Positions 48,791 through 61,155 of a DNA stretch of 64,000 bases are shown here, piece after piece. The position numbers and the translations under genes are program-made. The stretch spans positions 198,028,001 through 198,092,000 of the forward strand of contig OZ038378.1 of assembly GCA_964036045.1 (NCBI GenBank), written 5' to 3'. The DNA is from Eutreptiella sp. 'Long Island Sound 2002' (lineage: Eukaryota; Protista; Euglenida). Every line of letters begins with the position of its first letter. Positions within the stretch are counted from its first letter, which is position 1. Below the pieces are notes generated by a model. That model searched no databases and had not been told where the DNA came from. It worked only from the letters and a program-made list of their open reading frames with translations.

Positions 48791-50429
48791 TAGTCGATCG
48801 GTCCGGCGAGACAAAAGCAGGGGAATTTTTGTTACTTCTTGGTGGGTTTTCGCAGTTTTGATGGTTAGTTTGATGCCTTCCATTCGTTTCAGTGTCCTAC
48901 TTTCTCCCACCATCCTTAGCATCACATGCGTTGTTCCCAAAGCAGCCACACATTGAACAACGTGGAGTTGTCCACTCATGTTTGGCACAGACTCAAACAG
49001 ATCGCTGAATGACAATACACTCTGTGTATGGCAATAATATAAATCACCAGAGATTGCGGTCACGCACAACGATGTTCCCGAGTTGGGGTTCAAGACTTGG
49101 GTTTGCGCACGTTCGCTTGTGGATATCTCAATTTCATCCAATGTTGCATAAATGGGTAAATAGTCTTTGCCTTGCAGCCTAGGAACAGATGATGCAAGAA
49201 AGATGGTTAACAAGTGTGACCCTGATGGCAGGCATCACAGAAATGTAGCAAGGTGATGGGGAGGGGCTCCTGATGTGAAACTCCATGCGGTGGAGCACAG
49301 CGGCCTCGTGGACAACTACTTTGCCACCAACTTCATATTGGATCTGAAAATAGTCCCCGGGCTACGGTGAGGAACCCAACACAATTGCTGGTGCTCAATC
49401 ATCAGTACTCGCGCCATTGTAGAAGACATGTGTACCAGGGGTGACCCAGGGGAAAGACATGATAAATCCAAGCTGGGGAACAACACACATGACCATTAGG
49501 AACACTACAACAAACAAAAATAGGCAATTAAAGGTAAGGTTTAGTTACAAGCACCCCAATGCAGCCCCCTGTACCATAACCCGGCGCCTTTGAGCTTGGA
49601 AACGGGGGGAAAGAGTGCCCAGGAAAACGCATATATCAAAACTTCGCACGGTGCACGCACGGTGCGTGCAACTCCCTCTCAGCATCCCACAACAACAAGC
49701 ACAAAGGAACGCTATGGAACGCAGGAGGGGGGGGATGCAGCCCTGCCCTTGGTGCATGCCTCTACTACCCTCCGCCCCCCTTGTGATCCCCCCCAAACGC
49801 CAAGCCGGTCCCCCACATGGAGGGGGGCAATAGTCAAGAAGTGACGGTGCCCCCCCCATGGAAGGGGGGGGGGGGGGGCTTGCACCACACAATGGTAGCA
49901 CTAGAACTGCAGCAGTTTCAATTCAGCCAAAAGATTTTTCTTCGGCGTCTTCAGCGCCTAGTATTTCCTATGCTTTTTGGGCCAAGCGACGGTCCCCCCC
50001 ATAGGGGGGTTGATTGCTGGGGGGGGGGGGGTTACAATGGGGGTGGCTCTGTGTAGGGCCACCCACCAAAAACTCTGTGTATGTCATGGGGAACATCAGG
50101 CCTCCCTCTTTTGGAGAAGGGCCAAAATGAAAGTGATCCCTGAGACCGGTGCTGTGGAAATGGTGCAAGAGGCCCCATCCAGACTGAACAGGCATGGGAC
50201 CCAGGATTTAGGGCTTGCCATATGTGCAATGGCTCCCAAACAGGCCGCATTTCTATGAGTTGTGCGTAAGGGAAGGCGGAAGGCGGAAGGCGGGTAGGCA
50301 TTGAAACAGGTTCCCCCAGAGGGAACACCTGAAGGGGGATCTAGTTGCACGGGTGCATGCTGCTGGAGAAGCCCTCCCAGCCCCAGGAAAAGGGGAGTGT
50401 AGGAATAAGTGAGGGTTTCAAATCCAGGC

Positions 50430-50575
50430 ATTCACACACGAGTGTAGACGTCGAGGCAGTATGATTAGGTTTGAATGATTGGCGCAGCGCCTACAGACAC
50501 GGATCGCAAAGAGGCGACCACTGCAACCGAAGAAGGCAGTCGCACAGAACCCAGTCAACAGTGACAGTCCATGGC
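50430..50575 (+). repeat. ~145-bp dispersed repeat, copy 1
   Basis: Near-identical to 53382-53528. Confidence 0.85.
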
Positions 50576-50680
50576 TTTGCCTCTTTTTCTTTATATTTGA
50601 ATTCTGCATTGAATTCTGAGCACTTTGAGTAAGAACATATTGGGGGTGAGGGGGCAAAAAATTACCCCTATCCACCCTAG

Positions 50681-50903
50681 GGGGGAGTATCCGCAGCGCG
50701 CATGCACCGCGCGCGCACCGCGTCAGGTATTTGAACAACTTCTCCAGGAGATGGTCTACGGGGAGAGGAGTTGTAGATGGTACCTGCTGGGCTCTGAGGC
50801 ATTACCATTCCCCCTGATTGGCTCTGCGTGAAACGCTCTACGGAACAACCCCAGTACCCGCACCGCGCATGCACCGCGCGCGCACCGCGTCTGATACTCC
50901 CCC
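50681..50903. mobile_element. PIF/Harbinger MITE, 223 bp
   Basis: TAG|GGGGGAGTATC ... GATACTCCCCC|TAG gives an 11-bp TIR and a TAG TSD. GCGCATGCACCGCGCGCGCACCGCGTC occurs at both ends in direct orientation. Confidence 0.8.
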
Positions 50904-53381
50904 TAGAGCACTCTCGCCCAAATCTCAAAAAATGCTGGGGGGGGGGGGCTGTCGCATAACACAACCGGGCCCGCCCGCCTGCAGTTGTGTTTGCTCTGCT
51001 GGATTGGCCGCCCGCGGATGCCAAAGGGTGACCCTGTCACGCTGGCATTGTGACAGGAGGTCTTTCTGCTGTTTGCAGGGGCAAATAGCAGCAGTTCAAA
51101 GAAGGGCAAGTGGCTTCTGGTATGTCATCCCTTGCTGTCTTCTGTGGCAAGCACCCACCATGAGGACAACGGTGACATCAAGAAGCACTGGAGGGTGGGA
51201 CTCAATGTGGGCACGGGTGCACGGTGCGCACCCTTTTGGGCAGTTACACCCCCCAAACGGTCCATCACAAAAAGGCACTGGACAGCAACATTGGCACCAA
51301 GAAAACAGCCAGGAAATGAGTATCTCATCAGTCTCGTGTAGTCTGAATTGAATCAGGATGACTCTGATGGCACGTTTGACAGAATGTCAAGTCACAGGAG
51401 CATGCACAAAGCAGTCCTCAGGGCATGTAGGGTGAAATGGGGTACCAGCTCACCAACACAGCACATCAGGGGGCATCAACAAAGCAGAACAATGGTGTCA
51501 GGTGAATTATCTGAATAAAAAAGGTGCACGGTGCGTGCTCCTCCCCCATGCAAGGAGGGTGAGAGGGCTAAGAGGCTTGGCGCAAGGGCATACTTGAATT
51601 GATGCTGCACTCCCCGCAAGGGGGGGGGGGGTGAGGCCTAATTAAGTTGAGAAGAATTGGTTTATAGAAAAACAGAGGGGGGGGTAGGGGTCAAATGGTC
51701 ACGTTGCAGTGTCTGCATTAGGATCCGACGCCTTCTGTCAATCATGCCAATGTTCAGCGCTTCCGCAGTGCGAGTTGTGATCTCAGGTTCATCCCTCGGC
51801 CCCTGCTTCCGCTGGCCCCACCGGCGGTCTGGGCTCTACAGGGTGATGCGTGCATCCTGGTCAGGGGTCACTCCCGTCCTGTGCTGCTGTTGCTGCAGGC
51901 CCCATTCGGCCACACTTGGGCTTAGACAGGGGCCTCAGGTTGAAAAACAAGGGGGGAGGGGGGTTGCTGCATCTTGCCCCAAACTACCCCCCGCCCCCTG
52001 CACAAGCACGGCCGCGGTTCCAAAAGTCCATCCAAAACAGCGGTCCAACACCCACCCTTAGACAAGCACATGCTTGTATGTGACTTACACGCCAGCAAAG
52101 CACGGTACGTGACAGCCATGCTGGGAACAGCAATGTTAGCCATGGCCGAAAATCACATCCAAACAGACAGACATGGGGTTGCAATGTGTGGTACAATGTT
52201 AGTATGAACATAATGCACAACCACAGACATGAATGAGCCCCTCTTTCCCTCTACAAGTGTGTCACAAACCAATCCTGCAATCAGGGCCACAAAAAACAGC
52301 GGCCCCAAAAAATCCTGAACACAGCGATTCAACGCCCACTCAGTGCTTGGACAAGCCTGTGCTGGCGCAAGGGGGGCGGTTTGGCACAAGGCCTCAGTAT
52401 TAGGTTGTTTGCCTTTGGCGGTGACTATTGGCCTCTTGCCACTGCTCATTCTGACCCTGTGGGGGTCCGAACGTGTTTTGGTTGTGTCAACGGAGCCCCG
52501 CGATGACTTGTCCTGTTTGACTACTCCAGGGTCGGCTGTCCTGGAGACGGGCTGCTGCCCGTGCCATTGGGCAGGTGCATCCAGATGCACACTCCGAGTC
52601 CATGCTGAGTTTGCCAACTGTGCGCGCTGAGTGTGCATCTGCAGGATAATTTTCCTGACAGGGGCTTCTAACAACCACAATGATTCTTTCCCTCTTGTCC
52701 TTTCCTTCTCCTCCTTCTGCGCTCTGTTTTCGGTGAGTGCGGTCTGCCGTGTCCTGTTATCTCCCCTTGCCCCTCCCTTTCCCTGTGCCCAGTTTCCTCT
52801 GGGCCCTCCCTATTCTTTCTGTCATGCGGGGCCTTGGGTGGCGGGGGAGCGTGTTGGTATGGGGAGGGGGTAGAGGAGGGGGCAGGGTAGGGGAGTGGGA
52901 GTGGGTTCGTCGCACCCTGTCCCCTCCTTCCCCTTGAGGGGGAAGATCCTGGCTCCAGGAGGCTCCTTGTTGGTGTCGGTGTGCCTGGTGTTGGTGGTTT
53001 TGGCAGGGGGGGGGGGGTACCTCTCCAAACCCAGTAGGCTGGAGGGTGGTGTCTGGCAGGGGCAGGCTCTTGGGGCCAAAGAAGACCGAGAGGGGGTCGT
53101 GGAGTTGGCAGAGGGGGTGGGCGTTGGGGAGAGGCCTGGACAGAACACCATCAACCAGCGGCATGGGCCCCAGCCAAGCCTCTGTTATGGCAAAAGAGTC
53201 CACCCAAAAGAAACTTGGGAGGGCAACAAAACCAGTGACTAATTTGAAATACTTTCCTCGTGTTAGTTTGGGTTGCTTCAAGGGGAACTCCAGGGATTAG
53301 AATTAGGGGAATTGGGGCCACTGTTGCATTGGAAGATGGGCAGCAACAGGCGGGGGAGGCAATGCAGGTTTCAAATACAAG

Positions 53382-53528
53382 CATGCACACATGAGTGCAG
53401 ACGTCGAGGCGTATGATTAGGTTTGAATGATTGGCGCAGCGCCTACAGACACAAATCGCAAAGGGGCGACCACTGCTACCGAAGAAGGCAGTTGCACAGA
53501 ACCCAGTCAACAGTGACAGTTCATGGCC
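53382..53528 (+). repeat. ~145-bp dispersed repeat, copy 2
   Basis: AGACGTCGAGGC..TATGATTAGGTTTGAATGATTGGCGCAGCGCCTACAGACAC...CCCAGTCAACAGTGACAGT is shared with copy 1. Confidence 0.85.
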
Positions 53529-54130
53529 ATTTTTTCTAAGGGGTGATCCAGACTACCCCCACAGCACAAATAAACCTGCAACGGATGTTGATGATGACCA
53601 AAATCGAAGATCATTCCCGCAAAAACTGTGCAAAAGTGAAAGCAAAAATATGCTGTATGGGTGCAGGCGCCCTCTCATGGTTTGCACACGGGTGCACTAC
53701 CTGCGCAGGGGCATGTTCCCGGATATGCAGTCCGGCAACGAGGTCGACTGAAGGTAACAAAGGTGGTTCAACAATCGCCTCTCAATTCCCTCCAGCAGGT
53801 AAACCCAGGGAATTGTTTTTCGTTTTGGCACCTCAACAGGTGCAGGCTAAAGTGGTGGGAGCACGGAATGCGATGCAAGGGAGATAAAGCGGGGACTCTA
53901 ATGAAATCTGAGGACGGCAGTGCACTGATTGGAAGGGAAAATGGGGGAAACAGAAGGGAAAGGGATGCCTAAGAAAAGGCCTGCAAAGCGGGGTATTATC
54001 AGCCCCGGTAGGCGGCGAGAAGCCCAAAAGCCCCAGAGGTGACCCCCGCCCCCTCCTTGAGGGGCTCAGGGGTTTTTTTCAGCGACTTTGGGGGAATCCT
54101 ACTGTCAACGTTCTGAGCATTGGGTATAAT

Positions 54131-54170
54131 ATACATAATAATAATATAATATAATATAATATATATTATA
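54131..54170. repeat. AT-rich (ATAAT)n microsatellite
   Basis: Directly visible. Confidence 0.7.
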
Positions 54171-54817
54171 GCAGTATTATGGGCTCTAGGTACATAAGAA
54201 TGCCTTGGAAGAATGATGAAAGCAACCAGTTGTGCTTTATCTGTGGAAGAGGCTGCATATTAGGCAGGAGGAGCTGTGGAGAATGGCAGTGTGCTAATAA
54301 ATTTGAGGAGGGGACCGAAAAGAGAACGCGTTTGAATACTGTGCGCCCTTTGAATGAAGATCTGTCAATGAAATACGCCATCCATCTGAACCTGATCCAC
54401 CCCATCCAATACTTTGAAGTACACCCAAACACGTTGCTCACACTGGGGAAGAGGGGTTGCCTGCGAGAGGACTAGGGTCGGCACAGATCAACACTGGCTC
54501 CACATTACGACCCCATTCAACAAAACAACACTGCAATGCCTGGGGCAATGGTACACATGCCTCGGACTGGGGTCCGGATCGGCAAAGCAGCATGGTGGAC
54601 GTTGCCCACCTGCGGCCAGAAGACGAAGAGAGTGCTCCGCCGATACAATGGTTACCCACTCCCCGTCCCAGATCCCGTTGTCCCAGCCCCGCAGCCGGCG
54701 CCCTGCCTGTCCCCGTGATGGGGTCAACGGAGTGAAAAGGGGGCTTTGCGGGGGACTCAGAGCCCACTTGTGCATCGTAGCCGTCCTCATCTGCAGCACA
54801 CTGGGGCTGCAGTCCAT

Positions 54818-56329
54818 TCAGTGGGTTCGCTCCTGCACAGAAACATCCGGCAACGTCATGAGGACCTCAGCCGTGAGTGCAGGCACTGTCTTCAATGCAG
54901 CTAGCGCTCGCAGACCATCCGCTCCAATCTGCGTGTCCTGCAGATTCAACTGGAGGGCTTTCAAGGAGGGCGCGCCCTTCAGTGCAGCGAGCGCCAGTGC
55001 GCCTTTGTCCCCGATTGGGGTATGCCTCAGGTCCAAATCAAGCGATGTCAGAGACGTCGAGTCCTTCAGCGCAGCTATTCCCTCAGCACCATGGTCCCCA
55101 ATTTGGGTCCCGCTGAGGTGCAGGCCGAGGGTTGTCAACGATGCAGCATCCGCCAGCGTAGCCAACGCCTGGGCACCATCGTCACCAACTGCGGTTGCAG
55201 TCAACTGCAGGACTAGGGAACGCAGTGAGCCTGCGTCCTTCATCGCAGCAAGCGCTCGCACGCCGCGGTCACCCACTTGAGTCCGGCTCAGGTCCAAGTG
55301 CAGAGAGTGCAACAAAGGCGTGGCCTTCAGGGATGCGAGGGCCTTTGCCCCAGCATCTCCAATGCGGGTGCTGCCCAGATACAGACCCACGGACCGGAGC
55401 GATGATGCATCCTTCACCGCAGCGAGCGCCCCGGCGCCTTGATTTCCGATTTGGGTGCTGCCCAGGTACAGATGGAGGGAGTGCAACGCTGGCGCCTCCT
55501 TCAGGGCAGCAAGTGCCTGCGCACCTCCGTCTCCAATTTGAGCAGAATGTAGATAAAGAGTAAGGGCTTGCAATGATGACGCATCCTTCAGAGCTGCCAG
55601 GGCCTGTGCGCCGTTGTCGCCGATGTGGAACCCCCCGAAGGTCAGGCTCAAGGCTTTCAAAGACGGTGCATCCTTCAACATTGCCAGAGCGTGGGCTGCC
55701 GGGTCCCCAAGGTGAAAGCTGTAGAGATCCAAATGGAGGGTCTCTAACGAGGCGGCATCCTTGAGTGCTGCAAGTGCTGCTGCACCACTGTTCCCAAGCG
55801 TGCTGGTCCTCAGGCTCAAAGTAAGTGATTTCAGTGACCGTACATCCTTCAGCGCCGCGAGCGCCTGCGCGCCATTGTCCCGCACTCGGGTGCCGATCAA
55901 GTTTATGCTCAAGGAGTGCAAGCGGCGCTGAGCGCACAGCAGGGTCGCAAGTGCATTTGCACCGTTGTCTGCAATCCGAGTGCACATTAGATCCACTTCG
56001 AGCACCAGCAAAGGTGTGTTCTTGAGTGCAGCAAGCACATGTGAGCCATCATCAGTCATGCCTCTGGAGGTGATGGTCAGCGTACGTATTGCCCTGTCAC
56101 TAAGCATTGCCATTGTCTGTGAAGCATTGTGACGGTCCGCATCCCATGCCACGTGGCGTTTTTCCAGGGCGAGCCACGTCGCATGGCATACATGGCTCAA
56201 CACAGAGGACTGCAGGAAATCTGAGATGCAACGCCACTCATCGGCACATAGTCGCACAGCCATGTCCTGCATGCGGAGAGGCAGTACAGTGGCAAAGGTG
56301 CCAGCAGGGGCAACCGACATAAGAGGCAT
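54818..56329 (-). CDS. Leucine-rich repeat protein (RI-like, ~14 x 29 aa) with F-box-like N-terminus, 503 aa, intronless
   Basis: Repeat consensus IGDxGAxALAALKDAxSLxxLxLxLxxTx. N-terminal LCADEWRCISDFL...LSHVCHATW resembles an F-box. The start codon is uncertain (several Met). Confidence 0.9.
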   Translation of the reverse strand: MPLMSVAPAGTFATVLPLRMQDMAVRLCADEWRCISDFLQSSVLSHVCHATWLALEKRHVAWDADRHNASQTMAMLSDRAIRTLTITSRGMTDDGSHVLAALKNTPLLVLEVDLMCTRIADNGANALATLLCAQRRLHSLSINLIGTRVRDNGAQALAALKDVRSLKSLTLSLRTSTLGNSGAAALAALKDAASLETLHLDLYSFHLGDPAAHALAMLKDAPSLKALSLTFGGFHIGDNGAQALAALKDASSLQALTLYLHSAQIGDGGAQALAALKEAPALHSLHLYLGSTQIGNQGAGALAAVKDASSLRSVGLYLGSTRIGDAGAKALASLKATPLLHSLHLDLSRTQVGDRGVRALAAMKDAGSLRSLVLQLTATAVGDDGAQALATLADAASLTTLGLHLSGTQIGDHGAEGIAALKDSTSLTSLDLDLRHTPIGDKGALALAALKGAPSLKALQLNLQDTQIGADGLRALAALKTVPALTAEVLMTLPDVSVQERTH

Positions 56330-56343
56330 ATTGACCCCACAGC

Positions 56344-56348
56344 CTCTC

Positions 56349-56416
<68 letters not shown>
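56344..56416. repeat. (CT)n microsatellite immediately upstream of the LRR gene
   Basis: Directly visible. Confidence 0.95.
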
Positions 56417-56420
<4 letters not shown>

Positions 56421-58904
56421 AATGTTGTTTATTGCTGGTTGTGGTCTAGACATCACTGCGGATGGATGTCGTTTCTCCCTGGTTTTGATTTGGACATCAC
56501 TGTTCTTTTTTTTCTACAACTCTCAATGGATGTTGTTTCTCCCTGGTTGTGATCTGGATACCATATTTATTTTCTTTTACAACTTTGGACGGATGTTGTT
56601 TATTCATGGTTCCAGAAGTCACCACCTGCAACACACTGTGGCATGGCACGTACACCCACATCCCGGGCAATGTGTATTGTCTACAACAATGCACAGGAAA
56701 GCTGATTGTGCATGTCTTACAACGTGCGTGGGCACAATTGCCCAACTGCAAAGTAATGGGAAAGGATATCAGAAATTTGGCGGTCACTCGGATCCCTCTC
56801 TCTCCCTACTCTTTCCTCTGCTGAATTTAGACATGGCTTCTCACATTAGGGTGTGGCTGCTTGGCCCAGACGCGCCTGAGGGTGCAGTTTGGATGCATTC
56901 TTCCAATGTTGCCGCGTCCCTCCGCTACGTACCAGAGGAAGGATGGTCTGCATCCAGCACACTCAGGTTTATTAGGCTGCCACTGCCTATGGCAGAGGCT
57001 TGTGCTTTTGCTGCAGCAAGATGCTGGCAAGATGCTGCCTGGGTGTCGACAGTGCAAGCTTTCTGATCAACAAGGCAGCTAGCTTTGGCCTGTGTGCAGT
57101 ATTTTTCATTCGGTCTGCATGCTGTGGGGACTTGAAATGCTCTCACATTGCATTTGCTTGGTCTCAGATGGCCATACCACATTTAGAAGTGACTTTCATT
57201 GTCAGCTGAGCAGCAGAATTACACTGGGGACCAACGAAGAGGGGAAACAGAATCAGTGACTATGGGTTGGGAAAACATGAGCACGTGGTGCAGCACTGTT
57301 GGCTCTCACCCCCTAATTATCAATGCAATTTGCGGGGCATTTGGGCTGGTGGTACAAGGGTTCGCAAAAGTGTCACGACCAGAGTTCTCCTAAAGGGGGG
57401 GTTAGGTGGGGTCCTGGAACCCAAAAGTCCAAAAGTTTGTGTACCAAAAACAGCCAAATCAATATCTCCTTTAGCAAAATATCATTTTTCCCACCATGAA
57501 ATCCAGGTCCGACCCCTCCCCGAAAGCTGCACTGAATGAAAAGTCAGTGTGCCAATGTACCATTCGCGCCCAACCCAAGGGCCTCAATGCATGTGTCCTA
57601 CTGCATCTCAGAAGTCCTCCTGCCCTCATGTTCGTTGGTGGCCCATGAGTTGCCGTAACAGCCCATAAAACCCCAGAAAACCTTAGTTGCAAGCACACCA
57701 CCTCCCTTTTGTGGTTGCCAATAATTCCCAAAGGCTTCTGGGTAGTTTTTGTTCTTTCCTGGAAGCCTCTTGATGGTTGCAATTATCACTGGGAGGGGCC
57801 CCAGATATACCCAATGTTTGCATCGTGCCCGCACGGCACCCACACCGTGGCAACAGCGCCCTCTCAGCCAAGGGGAAATGCTTCCTGCGTGCTGCAGGCA
57901 CACCGCAGGCACCGCAGGGTAACGGTGATTAGCTGTGGGGTAATTAGCACTGCGTTCATTTTCCACCATTTTGGGTGCAGGAAGGAGGTCGAACGGGCAC
58001 AATGGCGAGGCACAGTACTCAAAACGGACAAAAATGTTGCGATAGCCACTCCCCATTCAAAAGTACGGTTCATAAAGGGTACAATTTCCCCTGTTCCATG
58101 ACAATTACCCAAACTGCGCACCGTGGGGTACACCGCAGGTGCTGCAGGCACCGGAGGCTTAGCGTTCCCAGGGCATGGTATGTAGTTTCGGAGCCCCCAC
58201 CCCTCACAGGGCCTACAGAACCACAACAGTCCAAAAGGGGGCTTTCTGGCCAATTTTTGACTTCTCAACTTGCCGCACCTGCAGCCAGCCACCATTGCTG
58301 AGGTTTCAGCTCGAAGGGTGTGGAAATCTTCTTCACTGAACATAGCAGCATCTGCCAGGGCGCAAACCGTACAAGTAGCCTTGTCCTAATCTCACATGTG
58401 CTTGCTGCTGCTTGCTGATAGGGGAGAGGGGGGGGGGGCTTACTGGCTACACCGGGTGGGTGAATATTTTTTAGTCTCACAGCCTGCTGGCAATGACCTG
58501 CAGCGTAGGGCTCCCTTCAGGCAGACTGCATTCGAAACAAAACATTACACTCACAGAAATGTAGGCTAAAGGCAACACCGCGCATTCAGCAGACATGCGC
58601 AGCACGGTCAAAAGGAGATGCTTCACGAAATCAGGATCCATCCACAACCTCTCTGAACTCCAACTGCCACGCATGCAGGCGACTTAACATTCCACCACAT
58701 TTGCATTGTCACAGTTGGTGAACAGACCAAAAGTCACTGAAAAGTAGGCCACGTGTAAGTGTAAGTGTCCGGACGCCAGAACGCCAGGATACAGCCTGGC
58801 GCACTTTGGAACCCCCTAAACACACCCCCACCGTGACCCTTTGACAGACCCGTGGTTAAAGCCGTACACGTACGGCGGCGTACGGCTGAATCTTTTTCAG
58901 TGCA

Positions 58905-60520
58905 CACACCCTAAATAGGGTAAAAAATATATAAATACAGGCTAAAATATGCTTTACATAGCTTGGATGGTCATTTTAGGTGATCACAATATCAAAAGAA
59001 CAAGTTTCGAAAACTTCGATTTTGGAGGTGCCTAGGGTGACAAACTGTATAAGCAGGTTGTGTACCAATCTCTTGGAAGCCCCGCCCCCCCCCGGACCGA
59101 ATACCCAAATAGGGTGAAAACCACGTAAATACGGCCTAAAACATGCTTTAGATACCTTCGATGGTCATTTTAGGTGGTCACAACATCAAAAAAACTGCAT
59201 AAGCAGGTTGTGTACCAAGCCCTGGGGAGGACCCCGCCCCCCAGACCTATTACCCAAACAGGGTGGAAAACATGTAAATACAGCCTAAAGCATGCCTTAC
59301 ATACCTTGGATGGTCATTTTGAGTGGCCATAACATAAAGAAAACAAGTTTCAAAAACTTCGATTTTTGAGCTGTCCAAGGTGAAAAACTGCATAAGCAGG
59401 TTGTGTACCAACCCCTCGGGAGGGACCCCCCCCCGGACGTATTTCCCAAATTGGGTGAAAACCACGTAAATACGGCCTAAAACATGCTTTACATACCTTC
59501 GATGGTCATTTTAGGTGGTCACAACATCAAAAAAACTGCATAAGCAGGTTGTGTACCAATCCCTGGGGAGGACCCCGCCCCCCAGACCTATTACCCAAAC
59601 AGGGTGGAAAACATGTAAATACAGCCTAAAGCATGCCTTACATACCTTGGATGGTCATTTTGAGTGGCCATAACATAAAGAAAACAAGTTTCAAAAACTT
59701 CGATTTTTGAGCTGTCCAAGGTGAAAAACTGCATAAGCAGGTTGTGTACCAACCCCTCGGGAGGGACCCCCCCCGGACGTATTTCCCAAATTGGGTGAAA
59801 ACCACGTAAATACAGCCTAAAACATGCTTTACATACCTTCGATGGTCATTTTAGGTGGTAACAACATCAAAAAAAAAAGTTTCGAAAACTTCGATTTTTG
59901 AGCTGTCCAAGGTGAAAAACTGCATAAGCAGGTTGTGTACCAACCCCTCGGGAGGGACCCCCCCCCGGACGTATTTCCCAAATTGGGTGAAAACCACGTA
60001 AATACAGCCTAAAACATGCTTTACATACCTTTCGATGGTCATTTTAGGTGGTAACAACATCAAAAAAAAAAGTTTCGAAAACTTCGATTTTTGAGCTGCC
60101 CAGGGTGAAAAACTGCATAAGCACGTTGTGTACCAATCCCTTGGGAGACCCCCCCCCCCGGACCTAATACGCAAGTAGGGTGAAAAACACGTAAATACGG
60201 CCTAAAACATGCTTTACCTACCTTGGATGGTCATATTGTGTGGTCACAATATCAAAAAAACAAGTTTTGAAAACTTCGATTTTTGAGCTGCCCAGGGTGA
60301 AAAAACTGCATAAGCAGGTTGTGTACCAATCCCTTGGGAGACCCCCCCCCCAGGACCTAATGCCCAAATAGGGTGAAATATACGTAAATACGGCCTAAAA
60401 CATGCTTTACATACCTTGGATGGTCATTTTGGGTGGTCACAATATCAAAAAAACAAGTTTCGAAAACTTCGATTTTTGAGCTGCCCAGCGTGAAAAACCG
60501 CATAAGCAGGTTGTGTACCT
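58905..60520 (+). repeat. Satellite array 1, ~190-bp monomer with a ~340-bp dimeric higher-order repeat
   Basis: Monomer CCTAAAACATGCTTTACATACCTTGGATGGTCATTTT...TTTCGAAAACTTCGATTTTTGAGCTG...GTTGTGTACCAA..poly-C..CCCAAATAGGGTGAAAA. 59121-59461 is repeated at 59462-59801. Confidence 0.9.
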
Positions 60521-61155
60521 CCCCATTCACTAGGCCATTATTGGTGGAAACAGCCATTTCGCGTCTTTGGCACGGGTTGTGACCGGCCCTACGCAAGGCT
60601 AGAGACTGCAAAAAAAACGTCCTTCCGTAGCCTAGTAGGCATATACTGTCACAACATCCCCACTCACACCCCTCAGGGTGGGTACCACGGGGTCACCGAG
60701 GTTGCCAAAACCGCCAACATTACAAAAATGGCTCAAAACTGCATAAACTGCATAAGCGCTCGTCCCACTCCGCCCCATACAAACCCTATGGAGTCGGGAC
60801 CCGGAAACACTTTTTCAGCTCAAAATCGAAAAAAACCAAAAGATTCGTGATTTTCGACCCAAAAAAAGGGGGGGTCATTTTTTTCGACATTTTTGACCCC
60901 CCCCCAACCCCCCCCCCCCCCCCACCCCCCCCTCAAAAAAGTGGGTTTCAAGTGGGGGGGGTCTAGGGGGGTCCGGACCAAAAACTCATTGGGGGATGTG
61001 TTTATTGGACAAAATAATGATTTTACAAGGGGTTAAACTAACCATTCAACCCCTTGGGGTAGGGACGCGAATAGGCCCAAATGGGGGGGTATGTGGCGTT
61101 TTCCCCATATATACGCCTGCCCTGGCTTTGATCTAACAACCTCTGCGAGGTGATT
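60520..61155. other. Non-repetitive spacer interrupting the satellite, partly homologous to 18825-18990
   Basis: Lacks the monomer. Long C/G runs. Ends in the inverted repeat CTCTGCGAGGTG...CACCTCGCAGAG, which leads into a variant monomer. Confidence 0.6.

Noticed and set aside
52757-53281. AP endonuclease start (DSFAITEAWL)
   Set aside because: One short motif followed by low-complexity Pro-rich sequence, with no further endonuclease motifs.
50430-53528. LTR retrotransposon
   Set aside because: No gag, protease, RT or integrase lies between the repeats, and no clear TG...CA ends or TSD were seen.
54414-56025. ORFs overlapping the LRR gene (54414-55280 etc.)
   Set aside because: These are antisense or alternative-frame shadows of a GC-rich repetitive CDS.
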